In this document: in pieces, positions 37,468 through 51,357 of the stretch
Layout: each line of letters opens with the position of its first letter
Position numbering within the stretch: position 1 is the first letter of the stretch
From: Eledone cirrhosa
Lineage: Eukaryota
Direction: 5' to 3'
DNA: 64,000 nucleotides
Assembly (NCBI GenBank): GCA_964016885.1
Contig: OZ024758.1
Span: forward strand, 6,138,001 to 6,202,000
Program-made: the position numbers and the translations under genes
The notes under the pieces: generated by a model
What the model was told of the DNA's origin: nothing
What the model saw: only the letters and a program-made list of their open reading frames with translations
Databases searched by the model: none

Positions 37468-38507
37468 CTCTTACAATGTATATAAATCTTTTACTCTATA
37501 AAATTACATTCCCAGTCTTAAGTCAAACATCCAGGAGAGTGAGAAAATAATATTCTTTGAAGTTTGGTATCAACATTTACAATAATTTAAAGTAGTATTT
37601 AGTTTTTTTTTTCAGTTTAAGAAATGTTTTGGGGGATAAAAAGGATTTCTAATTTTAAAATATTTATGCTGAGCGACATTTCACACCTGGAGTGTTTGTA
37701 AGACCAATTGATGTATATATTTTTGTATATTTTATATAAATTCATATGTAAATGCATTCATGTAAATTTAAAAAAAACCGCTGTACTCGTTTTAGCAATA
37801 AAATAAATGTAATATTAAAATGGTTGAAGTAATATTGATGGAAATGTATCTAAACACATCATTCTAGCAGAGTTCATTCTTTTTTAAGCTATTATCTTTA
37901 TTGTTTTTCACGTGTCTTGTTATTGCATTCTAATGAAATGTTTTATCAATATTACAAATTTCAAAACAATGGAAGAAAAAATATCTATTGAAGACTGTCT
38001 ACGTAAAAGAGCTTGAGTAACAGTTAGCTTGACAGAACCCATTTTTTTTCTCTAGATCATTAACTATGATCTGAGATCAGAGATTCTAGAAGCAAGTGAA
38101 GGGAAATCAAAATGTATTCCATATTTTAAATGTGGTGCATAACCCAACGAAACTTAAGTACCTGTATATGTAACTAATTATATATATATTATGTTGGTAT
38201 TACCAAAACATCCAGCCCACACTGTAAATGTAGTTGGCATTAGGAAGGGCATCCAGCTGTAGAAATCTAGACAGAAACAGTTCTGTATGAACAGGATATA
38301 TTCACTTGACCCAACCTGCTTCAAATGGAACAACCTGTCTAACCCATGCAAGCATGGAAGGTAGTTGTTAAACAATGATGATGATGATGATATATATATA
38401 TATATTATTTATTAAAATAACAGATTAAAGTTTAAGCAAAGAATCGCTGCTTTTACCCTTAACAGGATCTTCTGAATTTTAGTTTGGATTTTAGTCTTCA
38501 CATTTAT

Positions 38508-38547
<40 letters not shown>

Positions 38548-38693
38548 GTCATATATTATTCATAGATAAACATCAGTTTCTGTCACATTCCATCTGGTAA
38601 CATTTCATCTGCATTCCTAAACATTTGTTGCTGCCTCATACAATTTTTTACCACTAGACCACCTGCCTCCATCTGCATGTTCCTATACATAAA

Positions 38694-38885
38694 TAATTGT
38701 TTCTACTTCTGGCACAAGGCCAGCAATTACCCCAGTGCATTACTAGTGCTTTATTTTATCGACCCTGTAAGGATGAAAGGCAAAGTTAACCTCGGCAGGA
38801 TTTGAACTCAGAAGGTAAAGGGCCGTAACTCTATGCTGCAAAGCATGGCGTTCGACTCTCTACTGATACTGCCAATCCACCACCA
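38694..38885 (-). mobile_element. SINE family A
   Basis: Full copy. Confidence 0.85.
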
Positions 38886-40489
38886 TATACATAAATAATA
38901 ACACTCCACATTCAAAGCCAACAATAAATATAACACCCTATGGATAAGATCATCGGATGCCAAATTCGTCACTAGCACACTCATTAAAACAAAGCTAATT
39001 ACAACCTAAATGTCTCTACAAGAACCAAGACATCTTCCATAATCTTTACCTCAGACATTATCTATATTTCTCAACCACTAACTAGCTCTAAATATGAGTC
39101 TGAGGAAGACATATGTATAGCATCCTGTCATGACATCCTTGTTCTCAACATTATATTTCCTGATATTTCTATTACTTGTTTCATTTTATATTTTCTCCAA
39201 GGTTTTTATTTCATTTATTTGTTCATGAGTTTCCCCTTCTCATCTTTCTCCAGCTTTTTGTCTCCTTTCTCATTCCTATTCACTGTCTCTATATATTCTT
39301 CTTTCTCCTTCTTCACTTTCCTTTCACTTTTTACTATTGCAGCAGCTGTTTGTCTTTGATCTCCAATTCTTTGATTTATTATTAGTGCTTGATTCTCATT
39401 ATCAACTTTTACTCTTATTTTTTGTCTCATATTTTCTTCTATTCTTCATTTTCTTTATTCTTAAGTTTCATTCTGAACTCGAGTTACTTTTCTGTGTTAT
39501 CATTGTATCCCTCTCTCTTCTCTCTCTTTCCTAATTAACATCAGTCTCTAATCTTTTCATGAATCTCTTTCTATCTTGCTGTCTTCTCCTTTGAACCTCT
39601 TCAAGTGTCTATTAAGATTGTCTAAGATAGTTTCATTTAACATCTTGAGCTTGTCTTCTTCATATTGTCTGTACAGTCTGATTAGCACTGTTGTATCACA
39701 TATACTGTGTTCTTGCTTCATGGTATATATCTGATGGTCTTTTTCGTTCCATGGTGGCAAAGATCTTAATATATTTTATTCTGAATTTAGATCTGCTTTT
39801 TATCTATTAGATTCTTTTTTTTATTATCTATCATGTTTTTGATCCTATAGTCTTCTATCTTTCTTATTGAGTCATGTCCTATAAAAAATGATGGCTGTAC
39901 TTTTTACAGTTTGTAAATAACATTTTAATATCTTTGACTCAAGTTCTTAAGCTCAGATCTCACTGATTGGCAGTACCTAGTATAAGCCCTGCTATTTGGT
40001 TCAAAATAGAACAAATGTAAACACATTTAACTATAACTCTGAAGACTGAAAAATATTGGGATTATTCTAACTAGTTTCGTTTATATTTGGAATTTCATCA
40101 AAGAACAAGTATTATAATAATATTTAGCTATGGCAAGATTGCTTATAGCTCTTTTTTTTTTGTTATCAAACACAGATCAATACTCAGCTGCAATGGATAG
40201 TACAATTGGCATAACTATATATATTATAGTTAAATAAATTTATTAATTATGCTAAACAGCATATATTGGATAATCTGAATTTTTTTTTAATGTAGGTATA
40301 CCAACAATTCTTAAGTTATAATCTTTGATGCAAGTGTAAACATATTTTATATATCCCCACCTTATTCAATATATGGTGTGTTGCATATAATTACTGTACA
40401 CACAGTAATGGCCTCAGCCTGTTGGCTGGAACACGTAATAGAGTAAGGCTGAAGCTGAAGCATATAGACAGTATGTGCCCCCCCCCCCC

Positions 40490-40763
40490 CAGTCCCACTG
40501 TAAAGTGGTCATGTAGGTGTCATGACAAAAAGCACTTAGTCCACACTGTAAAGTGGCCGTGTAGGTGACACCACAAAAAAGCACCCAGTACTCACTGTAA
40601 ATGTGGTTGGAGTTAGGAAAGGCATCCAGCTGTAGAAATCAAGCCAAAATCAGTTCTGTATGAGCAAGACATGGTCACCTGACCTGGCATTGCCCACAAC
40701 AGAACAATTCATCTAACCCATGCTAGTGTTGAAAAATGGATGTAAAATGGTGATGATGATGAT
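40490..40763 (+). mobile_element. SINE-like family C (GGTTGGNGTTAGGAAGGGCATCCAGCTGTAGAAA core, RTE-type tail with (GAT)n)
   Basis: Copies at about 11850-12205, 23676-23830(-), 24877-25060(-), 27810-28070, 34020-34250(-), 38190-38390. Confidence 0.7.
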
Positions 40764-40784
40764 ACACACACATGCACTCACACT

Positions 40785-40815
<31 letters not shown>

Positions 40816-41020
40816 TAGTTTGAAAGAACTACTCAAGCATCTCTATATAGGCCTATATAAAATGTTTTGAATATATTATTTAGGCTGTTGTAGATTTCAT
40901 AAAACTTAGTGCTATTAAATGAGAGTATAACACTATCAAATTCACTAGAGTTATATTTTCACCAAGGATATCTGTAGAAACCACACTAAAAGGGTCAAAA
41001 GGAAATTTTAGTTGAACTGA

Positions 41021-41660
41021 ACATTGGTGGCTTCAGTTGAGTATCAGTTGATCTGTGATGACACATTCGGCTCAACTAAACATTGGTGGTGTTAGTTGAG
41101 TATCAACTGGTCTGTGATAAGACATTTGGCTTAAGTAAACATTGGTGACTTCAGTTGAGTATCAACTGGTCTGTGATGACACACTTGGCTTAAGTAAACA
41201 TTGGTGACTTCAGTTGAGTATCAACTGGTCTGTGATGACACACTTGGCTTAAGTAAACATTGGTGACTTCGGTTGAGTATCAACTGGTCTGTGATGACAC
41301 ACTTGGCTTAAGTAAACATTGGTGACTTCAGTTGAGTATCAACTGGTCTGTGATGACACACTTGGCTTAAGTAAACATTGGTGACTTCAGTTGAGTATCA
41401 ACTGGTCTGTGATGACACTTGGCTTAAGTAAACATTGGTGACTTCAGTTGAGTATCAACTGGTCTGTGATGACACACTTGGCTTAAGTAAACATTGGTGA
41501 CTTCAGTTGAGTATCAACTGGTTTGTGATGACACACTTGGCTTAAGTAAACATTGGTGACTTCAGTTGAGTATCAACTGGTTTGTGATGGTATCATCACA
41601 GCTTGGCTTAAGTAAACATTGGTGGCTTCAGTCGAGTATCAACTGGTCTGTGATGACACA
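41021..41660. repeat. Tandem array of about 11 x 59 bp, with an internal hairpin in each unit
   Basis: ACATTGGTGACTTCAGTTGAGTATCAACTGGTCTGTGATGACACACTTGGCTTAAGTAA. Confidence 0.95.
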
Positions 41661-44600
41661 TCCAACCTTTGCTAACAAGGGAAATGGATATTAAACAATG
41701 ATGATAATGATGATGGTGTATGAGAATTTCTGTCATTAATGTTTATAGTATTAATATTTTTTTTTATAAATGTTGAAAGGCTGGTAAGTGTTTGAAGATG
41801 GAAAGATAAAGTTAATAGTATTGAATTGGGAAAATTGACAATTAATTTTATTGCTGCTGTTGAATTAATTGGTAATGTTAATGGTATTATTCGTTTGCAG
41901 GATATTGGTGAAGTTTTTTCATTCTACCTCTTGTGCTATTTAATATCTACTCTGTAATTAATCCAATTTCTCTCTTGACAGTGTTTAGAATTGAAGTTCT
42001 TTTTGTGATCTGTTCATCAAACTTGATCAAACATTTTATAATTAATTACAAATAGTGAGCTAAAGGGAATAACTCAAGTGATTCAATAGCATGAATTTAA
42101 ATAGTTCAGGTAAGAGATGATCTTTGAATGGTGTAGACAAAAATTCTTAATAGATTGAAATTTTCCTGTAGTTGGGAAGAATAAAAGACATGGGAACCAT
42201 TGATAACAACTCTTAAAGGAATAAAGAGGTGTTTTTACGCACTGGGGTTGATTTAATCGACTCCCCCCCCCCCCCAACAAAAAAAAAATTGCTGGCCTTG
42301 TGCCTATATAAGAAACCAATTAAAGAAATCTATCTATCTAAATTTCTAACAATATTGGCCCCACCGGTTACTTATGACTCACCCTGTACATAAATATCTT
42401 AGGACTAAAACTGTTTATTTCAGCAACAATTGTGCAAATGTGTTTTGCCTGTATATCTGGAATGTAAACTAATTAACATATATGCATAAATATCTTTCTC
42501 ATATTGCTATAACAACTATTAATTTCAATAAATTTATACAAACTGGAGGATGTTAAGTATTTACAAAGGCGGGGGTTTTAGACGAGTTTTATATACTCTA
42601 TATCATGTTCGGTGCTCCATGCGGGTTAATTTTAAAATGCTGTGTTTTTATGGTGGGGTCTGAAAGAAGGTGCTGTTCTCATAGCTTTTGTAGATCTTCC
42701 GCCACTTATGACGTCAATGCAGTAATTTTAATAATATATCACTTTTATTTTTCGTAAGGTTCATTTTATTATATAACATTTTCTGGAGAATAGAACGGAA
42801 TAGAATTGTATTAACTATGGTCAAGGAAGTATCATGTATATATACATGGCATTCATGGTCCTGAAACTCCTGGCAGAGTCGTAGGGGTCATGTTGAGATA
42901 CGGCGTTTCTAGGGCATTTTTTTAAAACCTGGCGAAACCCATCTCCTGTACAGGTGTGAATACAGCAGATTTCTTCCAGAGATAGATAGAAAGAGTGAGA
43001 GACTGGAAGCGAGAAAGAGATATAGAGGAAGAATCGACCCCAGTACTAGACTGGTACGTTTTTGTTGACCTTGAATGGATGAAAGGCAAATTTCACTTTT
43101 ACTAGTATTGCATTACCTGTATGATATTTTAAACGAGAGTAAGAGCAGAGTATTCTAAAAGCTACGCCGAGGAAAATGTTGGAATTATATATTTATTTGA
43201 TGTTTGTTTTGTTTTTGTTTCAAATAGTATAAAAGAATAGCAAGTTGTTGTATAGACTGAGTCTAACCCATGCTAGCATGGAAAGTGGACGTTAAGTGGT
43301 GATGATGATGATGATGATGACTGTGTAGACCTATAACCAAACGCGTTCCATCTGTGAACACTCGTTTCTTCAAGACTAACATTACCCAACATAAACCTCG
43401 TTTCTTTCCTTCAAGACTAAATTACCCAACATAAACCTCGTTTCTTTCCTTCTAAACTACATTACACAATATAAACCTCGTTTTTCAAAGAGATTGTAGG
43501 TTTTTTTTAGAGAGATTTGACTGCCATTTCAAGCATGTCAAGGAAACCGCATAGTGTGTCTTTTAATAGTTCAGGAAGTGAAACATCATCTCATGTGGGC
43601 TTTAAAATGACCACTGCAGTGAGCTAAACCAAATTGTCTTGCTATGTGTTGTATTCTATGCATCATAGGCATACATTTTTATTTTATTTTCTAGAAGCAT
43701 CAATATTATTTACTGAGACAATGGGCAGGTGGGTTGTTTACTCTCGGAACCTAACTTTAAACGAGCTTCCTATAGTTTACGGCCAGTGTGTATAATTCTA
43801 ATCAATTCAGTAAACCTAACTGTAGATAATATATCAGTCTTTGTAGTAATGTCGCAATTAAATAATAAGGTAAGTTCAGGTTTTATGGATTCTGCAACTG
43901 GGAAAAAGTTTAAACTGTTTTCAATGACTATTGGAACAACCAGGCATAAATAAGTAATTCTCATTCCGAGAGAGATTTAAACGAATTTGCTATAACCATC
44001 AAATCTACTACTTAAAATAAAACTATTCTATGTTCTAACTTAATTGAGAATGGCAAAACAGATACTGAAAATAATTGTTTCTACTTTTGGCACAAGGCCA
44101 GCAATTACCCCAGTGCATTACTGGTACTTTATTTTATCGACACTTTAAGGATGTAAAACAAAGTTAACCTTGGCGGGATAGGTAAAATTGTGGGTTTGTT
44201 GTGTATTCTAATTTTTTGTGTATGAGGGGGCCACAAAAAAACTGAAGTGTCCCGGGCCCCCGAAGGTCTAAATCCAGCCTTGGCTGGGGTGACGCGTTGA
44301 AATAGATATTCTATCTCCTGGAGCTCACTCCCACGTGTGGCCAACTCCTAACTAAGGCTAGTATTTAGAACATAACGTAACAAAGGTTTTTATATACAAT
44401 TATAGTCTACGTGCTTAACTTGAAGTTTGGACTGAAATCCATTTCGAGCGTGTTGTATTCTACCCAGGACATAGTTAAGACCTGCCAACCACTAAAAACC
44501 CAAACGAAGAGTACCATGAACAAAAGTGCTCCAAAACGGGGAGAAATGAGGTAAAATGGGGAAATTTTACAATGAAAGCTTTACGCATTTTTACAAGAGA

Positions 44601-45519
44601 AGACATCTCTCCCCCGCTCCAAAGTGAGTAGGAGATCTCCCCGTCCTACGAGGAGAGTTGACAGGTCTGATAGTTATTTACTGCTCGATTCCATTAAGTT
44701 AACAGATTCCAGGTATTTTCTATATTCGATATCTGTTTAAAGTTACAGAAGTTAGATCGTTGACATTTTCAAAGAGATTGAGATGCATATATATTTTAAT
44801 AATTGTTGCAACTTGTATATCAGAAGTAATATTCTATTATAAATGACAGCCTGCTAAGTCTGAATAGATCAACAGCTCGGCAAGAAGATTTCCAGCTTGC
44901 TCAGAAAGACTATTTCTTTTTTTTTATATATTTTAATTGGCTTAATCAGGCGAGGAGGTCAAGCGCCTATAAACTCTTTTCGAGACCTCCATAACTCGAG
45001 GGAAGAAGGGTTAATGAAAACTCTATGCTCAACAGAATGCACTGAAAAGAGAATGAGGAGGCATTAAGCCGCGTGAAGGATTAAGGAAGTAAGAAAACAA
45101 AATTACTAACAATCAAATATATTACGAAGTAATTTGGACAAAAAATTGGACAAAAAATACATTAAAAAGATGAAGTAATATAAAATATAGGAACGCCTTC
45201 GAAATGTTTAATTAAGTGAGTATAATGTATAAAACATCAGATGTGACTTAGTTGATATATTGATTAATATGTTTTAATACAATATCTGAAATAATAAGTC
45301 AACCATTTAATGTTGTTCAAGGTTTTCTTGCATCCACATATAAAGGATTTCCCTTCTTAATACATTATTTGATGCCCATTCACAAGAATATCCACAGAAA
45401 CTGAAGTAGGGATGTAAATCTGTATGTTAACAGTTAATAAACTTACACAGTTAACTCTAGGTCGATTCTTTGTTTAAAAGCTTTATGTTTGGAGGTTGAG
45501 TTCTTACCAGATATCTAAG

Positions 45520-46520
45520 TACTGTATGTCCTCAAGAAGTGATTAAGTTTGTGGATTATTTGAGTCAAACCAGTCCTAATGCTTAGCACGAACATAACCT
45601 AATATTTCTTTTGCTGTCTCAAAGAATGTGTTTCTCAGAATTATCCAAGGGGCCTCAATATCATCATTTTTAATAATTTGTCGTGATTTTGGTTTTAAAA
45701 AGTTATTAAAGGATTGTGCGAGGTTTTCATTTTTCAACTTGCTGACATCTAATTTTTTTATGTGGATCAATTCGTTGTGTTTAAATAGGCTTTTGAATTT
45801 ACGTGTTTATGTGAGAACGAATGGTTTTATGATCAGACCATGTTTCCTATTGAGAGAGAGCACGAGTGAAATTTATGCCGTGCGTGCTTGTTCGGCGAGT
45901 AATTATATAATCAATTAAATGATAGTGACCAGATGGTATGTGTTTCCAGCTAGTCTTCAAATGATTAGACTCCTGGGAGACTTTATTTATAATCAAAAGA
46001 TTAAATTCTGTACGAAGTGATAGCAAAAGAAGGTCATTAATTAATATTACCAATACCATACACGCCGAAAACATTTGGTCATTCCACGCGGTCATTTCTC
46101 ATTAAAGTGTTTAATCAAGAACAATTTATCCCCAACAGACACTTTTCTGAGCTGCTCACGAAGACAGGAGTAGAATTGCTCTTTAAGCTCAAATAACGAG
46201 TTTAGTGTTGAGACCATAGCAACTAAAAAGTGAGCAGTACTGTTCTGTCCCTATTTTCATGTGAAGGGACATAAGCCTGGCATTGGTTCTTATAGGAAGT
46301 GATTCAACTTGTTTTACTAAATCACTTCTAATAGCAAAACCAACACCAGATTCTCTTTTTTTTTTTGCACCAGGCGAGTTATCTCTCCTGTAAAAGGTAT
46401 AGATTCCTTCTACCTCTCTTAATTAGCCATATCTTGCAAACTTAGTTTCTGAAAGAGCTGCTATGTTGATATTTTGCTGAGATAAGAGGTGAGCTATGAT
46501 GGCTAAGATAGCTTCAGCGC
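45520..46520 (-). mobile_element. Degenerate RTE-clade LINE, AP-endonuclease region
   Basis: INIAALSETKF, KTSWKHIPSGHYHLIDYIITRR, KKLDVSKLKN, TAKEILGY..KH; stops and frameshifts. Confidence 0.75.
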
Positions 46521-46559
46521 ATTCAGAACATAAGCTGGCGACATTTTACTTTGAGAGAG

Positions 46560-46962
46560 ATATATGCCGGCCTCCCAAGCATATCTGTTGTTGTACGTGA
46601 AAGCAGAGTAAGATTTGCTGGCCATTGCCATCGTGCCGCCTACGAGGCTGTGTCCTCATTAGTGCTTTGGAAACCACAAGCAGTCACTAATAACTAATAA
46701 CAGGGGGCGGCGCAAGCTTTCCTATCCTGATTTGCTGGCCACTGCCACAGTGCCACCTATGAGGCTGTGTCCCCATTAGTGCTTTGGAAACCACAAGCAG
46801 TCACTAATAACAGGGGGCGCAAGCTCTCCTACCCCGATGTCATCTCCAGAGATTCTGGTATTGAAATCCAGGACTTGGCAACGGCAATGAACGACAGACC
46901 CACGTGGAGATCAATTGTTGAGTCCATTTCGCCCGAGGCCGCCGGATGCTGATGATGATGAT
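46560..46962 (+). mobile_element. RTE-like LINE 3' end with internal duplication and (GAT)n tail
   Basis: RFAGHCHRA..EAVSSLVLWKP...RGRKLSYPDVISRDSG...LATAMNDRPTWRSIV; the FAGHC-to-YPD block occurs twice. Confidence 0.7.
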
Positions 46963-47120
46963 AGCAGTACAGTGTTCAGGATTATGTTCTGTATGCAACA
47001 GAGTACTGACATTGCATGAAGCTGCGTACATTTTATTATGGATGTAAGGGAGGGATACTTAGTCACCTGCACCTGATGACCAGGTTCAGCACGAGCAAAC
47101 TACTTTTTAATCACATTATC

Positions 47121-47302
47121 TTGGCAGTACCGGTAGAGGGTCGGACGCCATGCTTTGACGCATAGAGTTACGGCCCTTTCCATTCTGAGTTCAAATCCCG
47201 CCGAGGTTAACTTTGCCTTTCATCCTTACGAGGTCGATAAAATAAAGTACCAGTAATGTACTGGGTAATTGCTGGCCTTGTGCCTAAAGTAGAAACAATT
47301 AT
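47121..47302 (+). mobile_element. SINE family A (young)
   Basis: Nearly identical to the - copy at 57122-57301. Confidence 0.85.
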
Positions 47303-47366
47303 CTTGAGACCATCTCTAAAGAGGAAAGCAGTGTCATTATGAAAAGGGCTGACACAACTAGTTATA

Positions 47367-47434
<68 letters not shown>

Positions 47435-47520
47435 AGTGTGTGTGTGTGTATATATATATATGTGTGTATATATACAAATATATATGTATATACATATAAA
47501 TATATATATATATATATATA

Positions 47521-47576
<56 letters not shown>

Positions 47577-47657
47577 GTATATTTATATATATATATATAT
47601 AAATATATATAGTTAGAGAAGCAAAAAATTGCTCTCTTAATGCTTACCTGTGTTTTC

Positions 47658-47720
<63 letters not shown>

Positions 47721-48136
47721 TACGTATATGTGTGCATGTATGTATGAGTTTATATGTGTATATATATATATATATACACACATACATACATGCACACACT
47801 TACACTTACACACACTTACACAAACACTGATTTATTCCGACTGTTGTGGCAGTTTATATCTCATGAGAAATCTATAAATGTATTTGAAGTGAAGACAACG
47901 TGACATATCGAATATATATGATAATCTATATTATAATAGGAGACATCGCTCCGTCTGTCACACAAACGCTGACAATCTATTTCAGTTGTTTTTATTCGTT
48001 CTCTTATATTTTGATGCCGCAATTCTACGTTATATCTGACAACTGCGATAACAGATATAACGTAGAATACTTCTTCTTCTCTTTCTTCTTCTTCTTCTTC
48101 TTCCCCTTCTTCTTCTTCTTCTTCTCTCTCTCTCTT

Positions 48137-48167
<31 letters not shown>

Positions 48168-48179
48168 GTGGGGAGGGTC

Positions 48180-48568
48180 ATATTTGTGTAATATTGCCAG
48201 AATTAATAACAGAACACACTCACTGTTTGGTTGGTTTTCGCTTCTGTGTCTTTTATATCGGTTAATTTAATTTATTCGGTCCTCAATGTTGCATTGTATT
48301 TTCTACGCCATCTTTATTTAGTCATAAAGATGGCGTAGAAAATACAATGCACGACTGACGATGCTGCAGATGTGCAACGAAAGAACTTTGATAGACTATA
48401 TATATATATGTGTTTGTGTCTATATTGTATCTGTATTTTTGACCGTTGGTCAGTCAATGGCAACATTGAGGACCGAATAAATTAAATTAACCGATATAAA
48501 AGACACAGAAGCGAAAACCAACCAAACAGTGAGTGTGTTCTGTTATTAATTCTGGCAATATTACACAA

Positions 48569-48572
<4 letters not shown>
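48180..48572. repeat. Nested perfect inverted repeat (113-bp outer arms, 28-bp inner hairpin)
   Basis: 48180-48292 is the reverse complement of 48460-48572; 48290-48317 is the reverse complement of 48324-48351. Confidence 0.95.
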
Positions 48573-48634
<62 letters not shown>

Positions 48635-49341
48635 GACAGTTATGTGTGTGTTACACATACATACATACATATATTCTTTTATTCGTTTGCTGTTTTCAAT
48701 CACGGAATTGCAGGAATATTAAGGGCCTGGTTGACAGTGATGGGTGTAGTCGATTTTATCCTACATACGTTCAATGTATAACGGTGGGCCAAACCTCAAT
48801 ATACATTGGGTATTTGTCCGCCGGTCTAAATATCCTCAGGAATTTTAATATTGCTATAAACATCAACATTAAATCATGCAAAAGGTAATTTCATACCACA
48901 GATTAAACTCATATTAAAATTCATACCACAGATTAAATTCATATTAAATCAAAAAATATAATAACATACAAAAAGTACATTTAAAAGAAACAGCAAAGCA
49001 GAAGCAGAAGCGGTGTTAAAAGCAATATAATAAAATTTAGCAGTTCAGTGCATGTATTTATGGATGTACTGAAGTGCTAAATGTTATTATAACACTTCAG
49101 TGGGTCGATTTATGGAATTATTATTAAATCTTGAACCCTGCAGTCCGTGCCATAACAGTCTGTAGCAAAATCTACTGAGATTAAAAACTCCCTCAGTCTT
49201 TTGCAGTAACTGCTGGACCAAGGTTACTGATTAGCATAGAGCTTCTATAGAGCGTATAACCAAACATATACTATAGATATATAGTATTTCCAAACATATG
49301 CTACAGATATATAGTATTACTATAAATATATAGTATAATAT

Positions 49342-49495
49342 ATACCGTATTTCCCGGCGCCGAAGAGGCTTCGTTCTTGAGGACGCACCCTAATTTTGAC
49401 AACCAAAATTTTGAAAAAAAAAAAAAAAACAACCTTCGGCCCCCAGGACTTATTTTAGGAAAAAAGTAGCATCTTCGACGCCGGGAAATATGGTA
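49342..49495. mobile_element. pogo/Tigger-like MITE (TA-CCRTATTTCCCGGCG termini)
   Basis: TIRs with TA flanks; copies at 8033-8212 and 63679-63829. Confidence 0.75.
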
Positions 49496-49664
49496 GGATT
49501 GGTCGAGTGCAAGGCCTTTTCCCACTTAAAAAACTTTCAAAGCACAATCATTGCTTGTTCAGGATCTGTTTCAGGTTCGTGTGGCTGGCCGTAGCCTAAA
49601 AGTGTACCAAACTCTATAATCTAACAAGCGATTGCAATACTCTTAGCAGAGTTTGCAGCCATCT

Positions 49665-49738
<74 letters not shown>

Positions 49739-50760
49739 TGTATGTATGTACGTACGTAAGTATGTATGTATGCATGTATATATTTATATACCCTCCTATG
49801 TGTGTGTGATTTTATGGAGCAGGGATATGATACATTTTGAATCTCAAGAGACATTCTTAGCTAAAAAATAAAATAAAAATAATTGAGATTCTCGGAGCCA
49901 CATCATAAACCAAACTACACAGAAGAAAACTTGCATGTATCTGACTTGCTTTACTTAAAGACTTATCTGTAACTATTTCAATGTTGATGTTAGAAGTTGT
50001 GTTTTTTATACAACATTTGTCAGATTTAATAGAATAAAATAAAATATCTTTTTTTTGGGGAGCTGCGAACAGCCATTTGAGATCTCAACCTTTGCTACAG
50101 TGTAATGTACACACTCATACACACATACACACATGTACACACATATACACACACACATATACATACACACACACACATACACACGCACAAACACAGTCAT
50201 GCATTCACACACACACACACATGTATGCACACACACACACACCACACCTGCACACACACACACACAAGAATGCACACATAGGTACAAGCATGAACACATA
50301 CACACACAAGCTTTAATGTAAGATTTCCAGACGATAATCTAGAATTCTGTCACAATTTCTATGAAATTCGATTCATCCCTTATTATTTATTCATAAATTT
50401 ACTTAGTAAAAAACATTTTCTTAACGCTGTAGTTTTAATATATATAAACCCAGATATCACGTCTCCAAACCATACATATTTATAAAGACGCTACATATGT
50501 TTTCTAGTGAAATCCTAGCCGCGATTACAAACACAAACACAGTCTTCACTTTTATACAAATATTCTGAGATTGAAATCAATGAAAGAAATATATAGGCCG
50601 AGATAATATGCATATAAGCATGCACGCAAACTGTCTCCTATATTTGTATACTTACGAATAAAACTGTGTAGCTATTATTCTAATTATATGGTTAATAGTT
50701 GGTGAATGAATAACAAATTTTCTCATAAAATCATAGACACACTCGTTGCGTACATTGTGC

Positions 50761-50850
<90 letters not shown>

Positions 50851-51357
50851 TTCAACTTTATATCCATTAAATCAGGTGCATATATATATATATATATTTT
50901 TTTTTTATAAATAAATATATACGTATATATATATATATATTTCTATATATATATATACCTGATTTAATGGATATAAAGTTGAAAAAAAATATATAATGTA
51001 TGCATATGTAATACTGCTTCTTTACTGCTTCTTGGGGAATATATTTATATATTCATGTGTGTATGTGTGTGAATGTGTGTGTATGTGCATACATGTGTGT
51101 GCGTGCATGTGTGTGCACGCGTGTGGCCGAGTGGTTAGAGAATTGAATTCGCAATCGTGAGGTTGTGAGTTCGATTCCTCGACCGGCCGATGCGTTAGGT
51201 CCTTGAGCAAAACACTTTATTTCACGTTGCTCCTTCTACCTGAAGTTGCGACCGATAGATAGTATTAGCAATTGGAAAGACCAACGACAACATTGTTTCC
51301 TTTGTCTGATTTGAAGAAAGTCGATCGACTGTGGATATATATATACATACATATATA

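Noticed and set aside
38900-39900. Lys/Glu-rich ORFs on - (39215-39430, 39557-39760) as a gene
   Set aside because: Interrupted by stops, with no splice-consistent chain and no recognisable domain; probably a decayed retroelement.
41021-41660. CRISPR array or integron 59-base elements
   Set aside because: Units are fully repeated with no unique spacers or cassettes; there is no cas or integrase gene; the context is eukaryotic.
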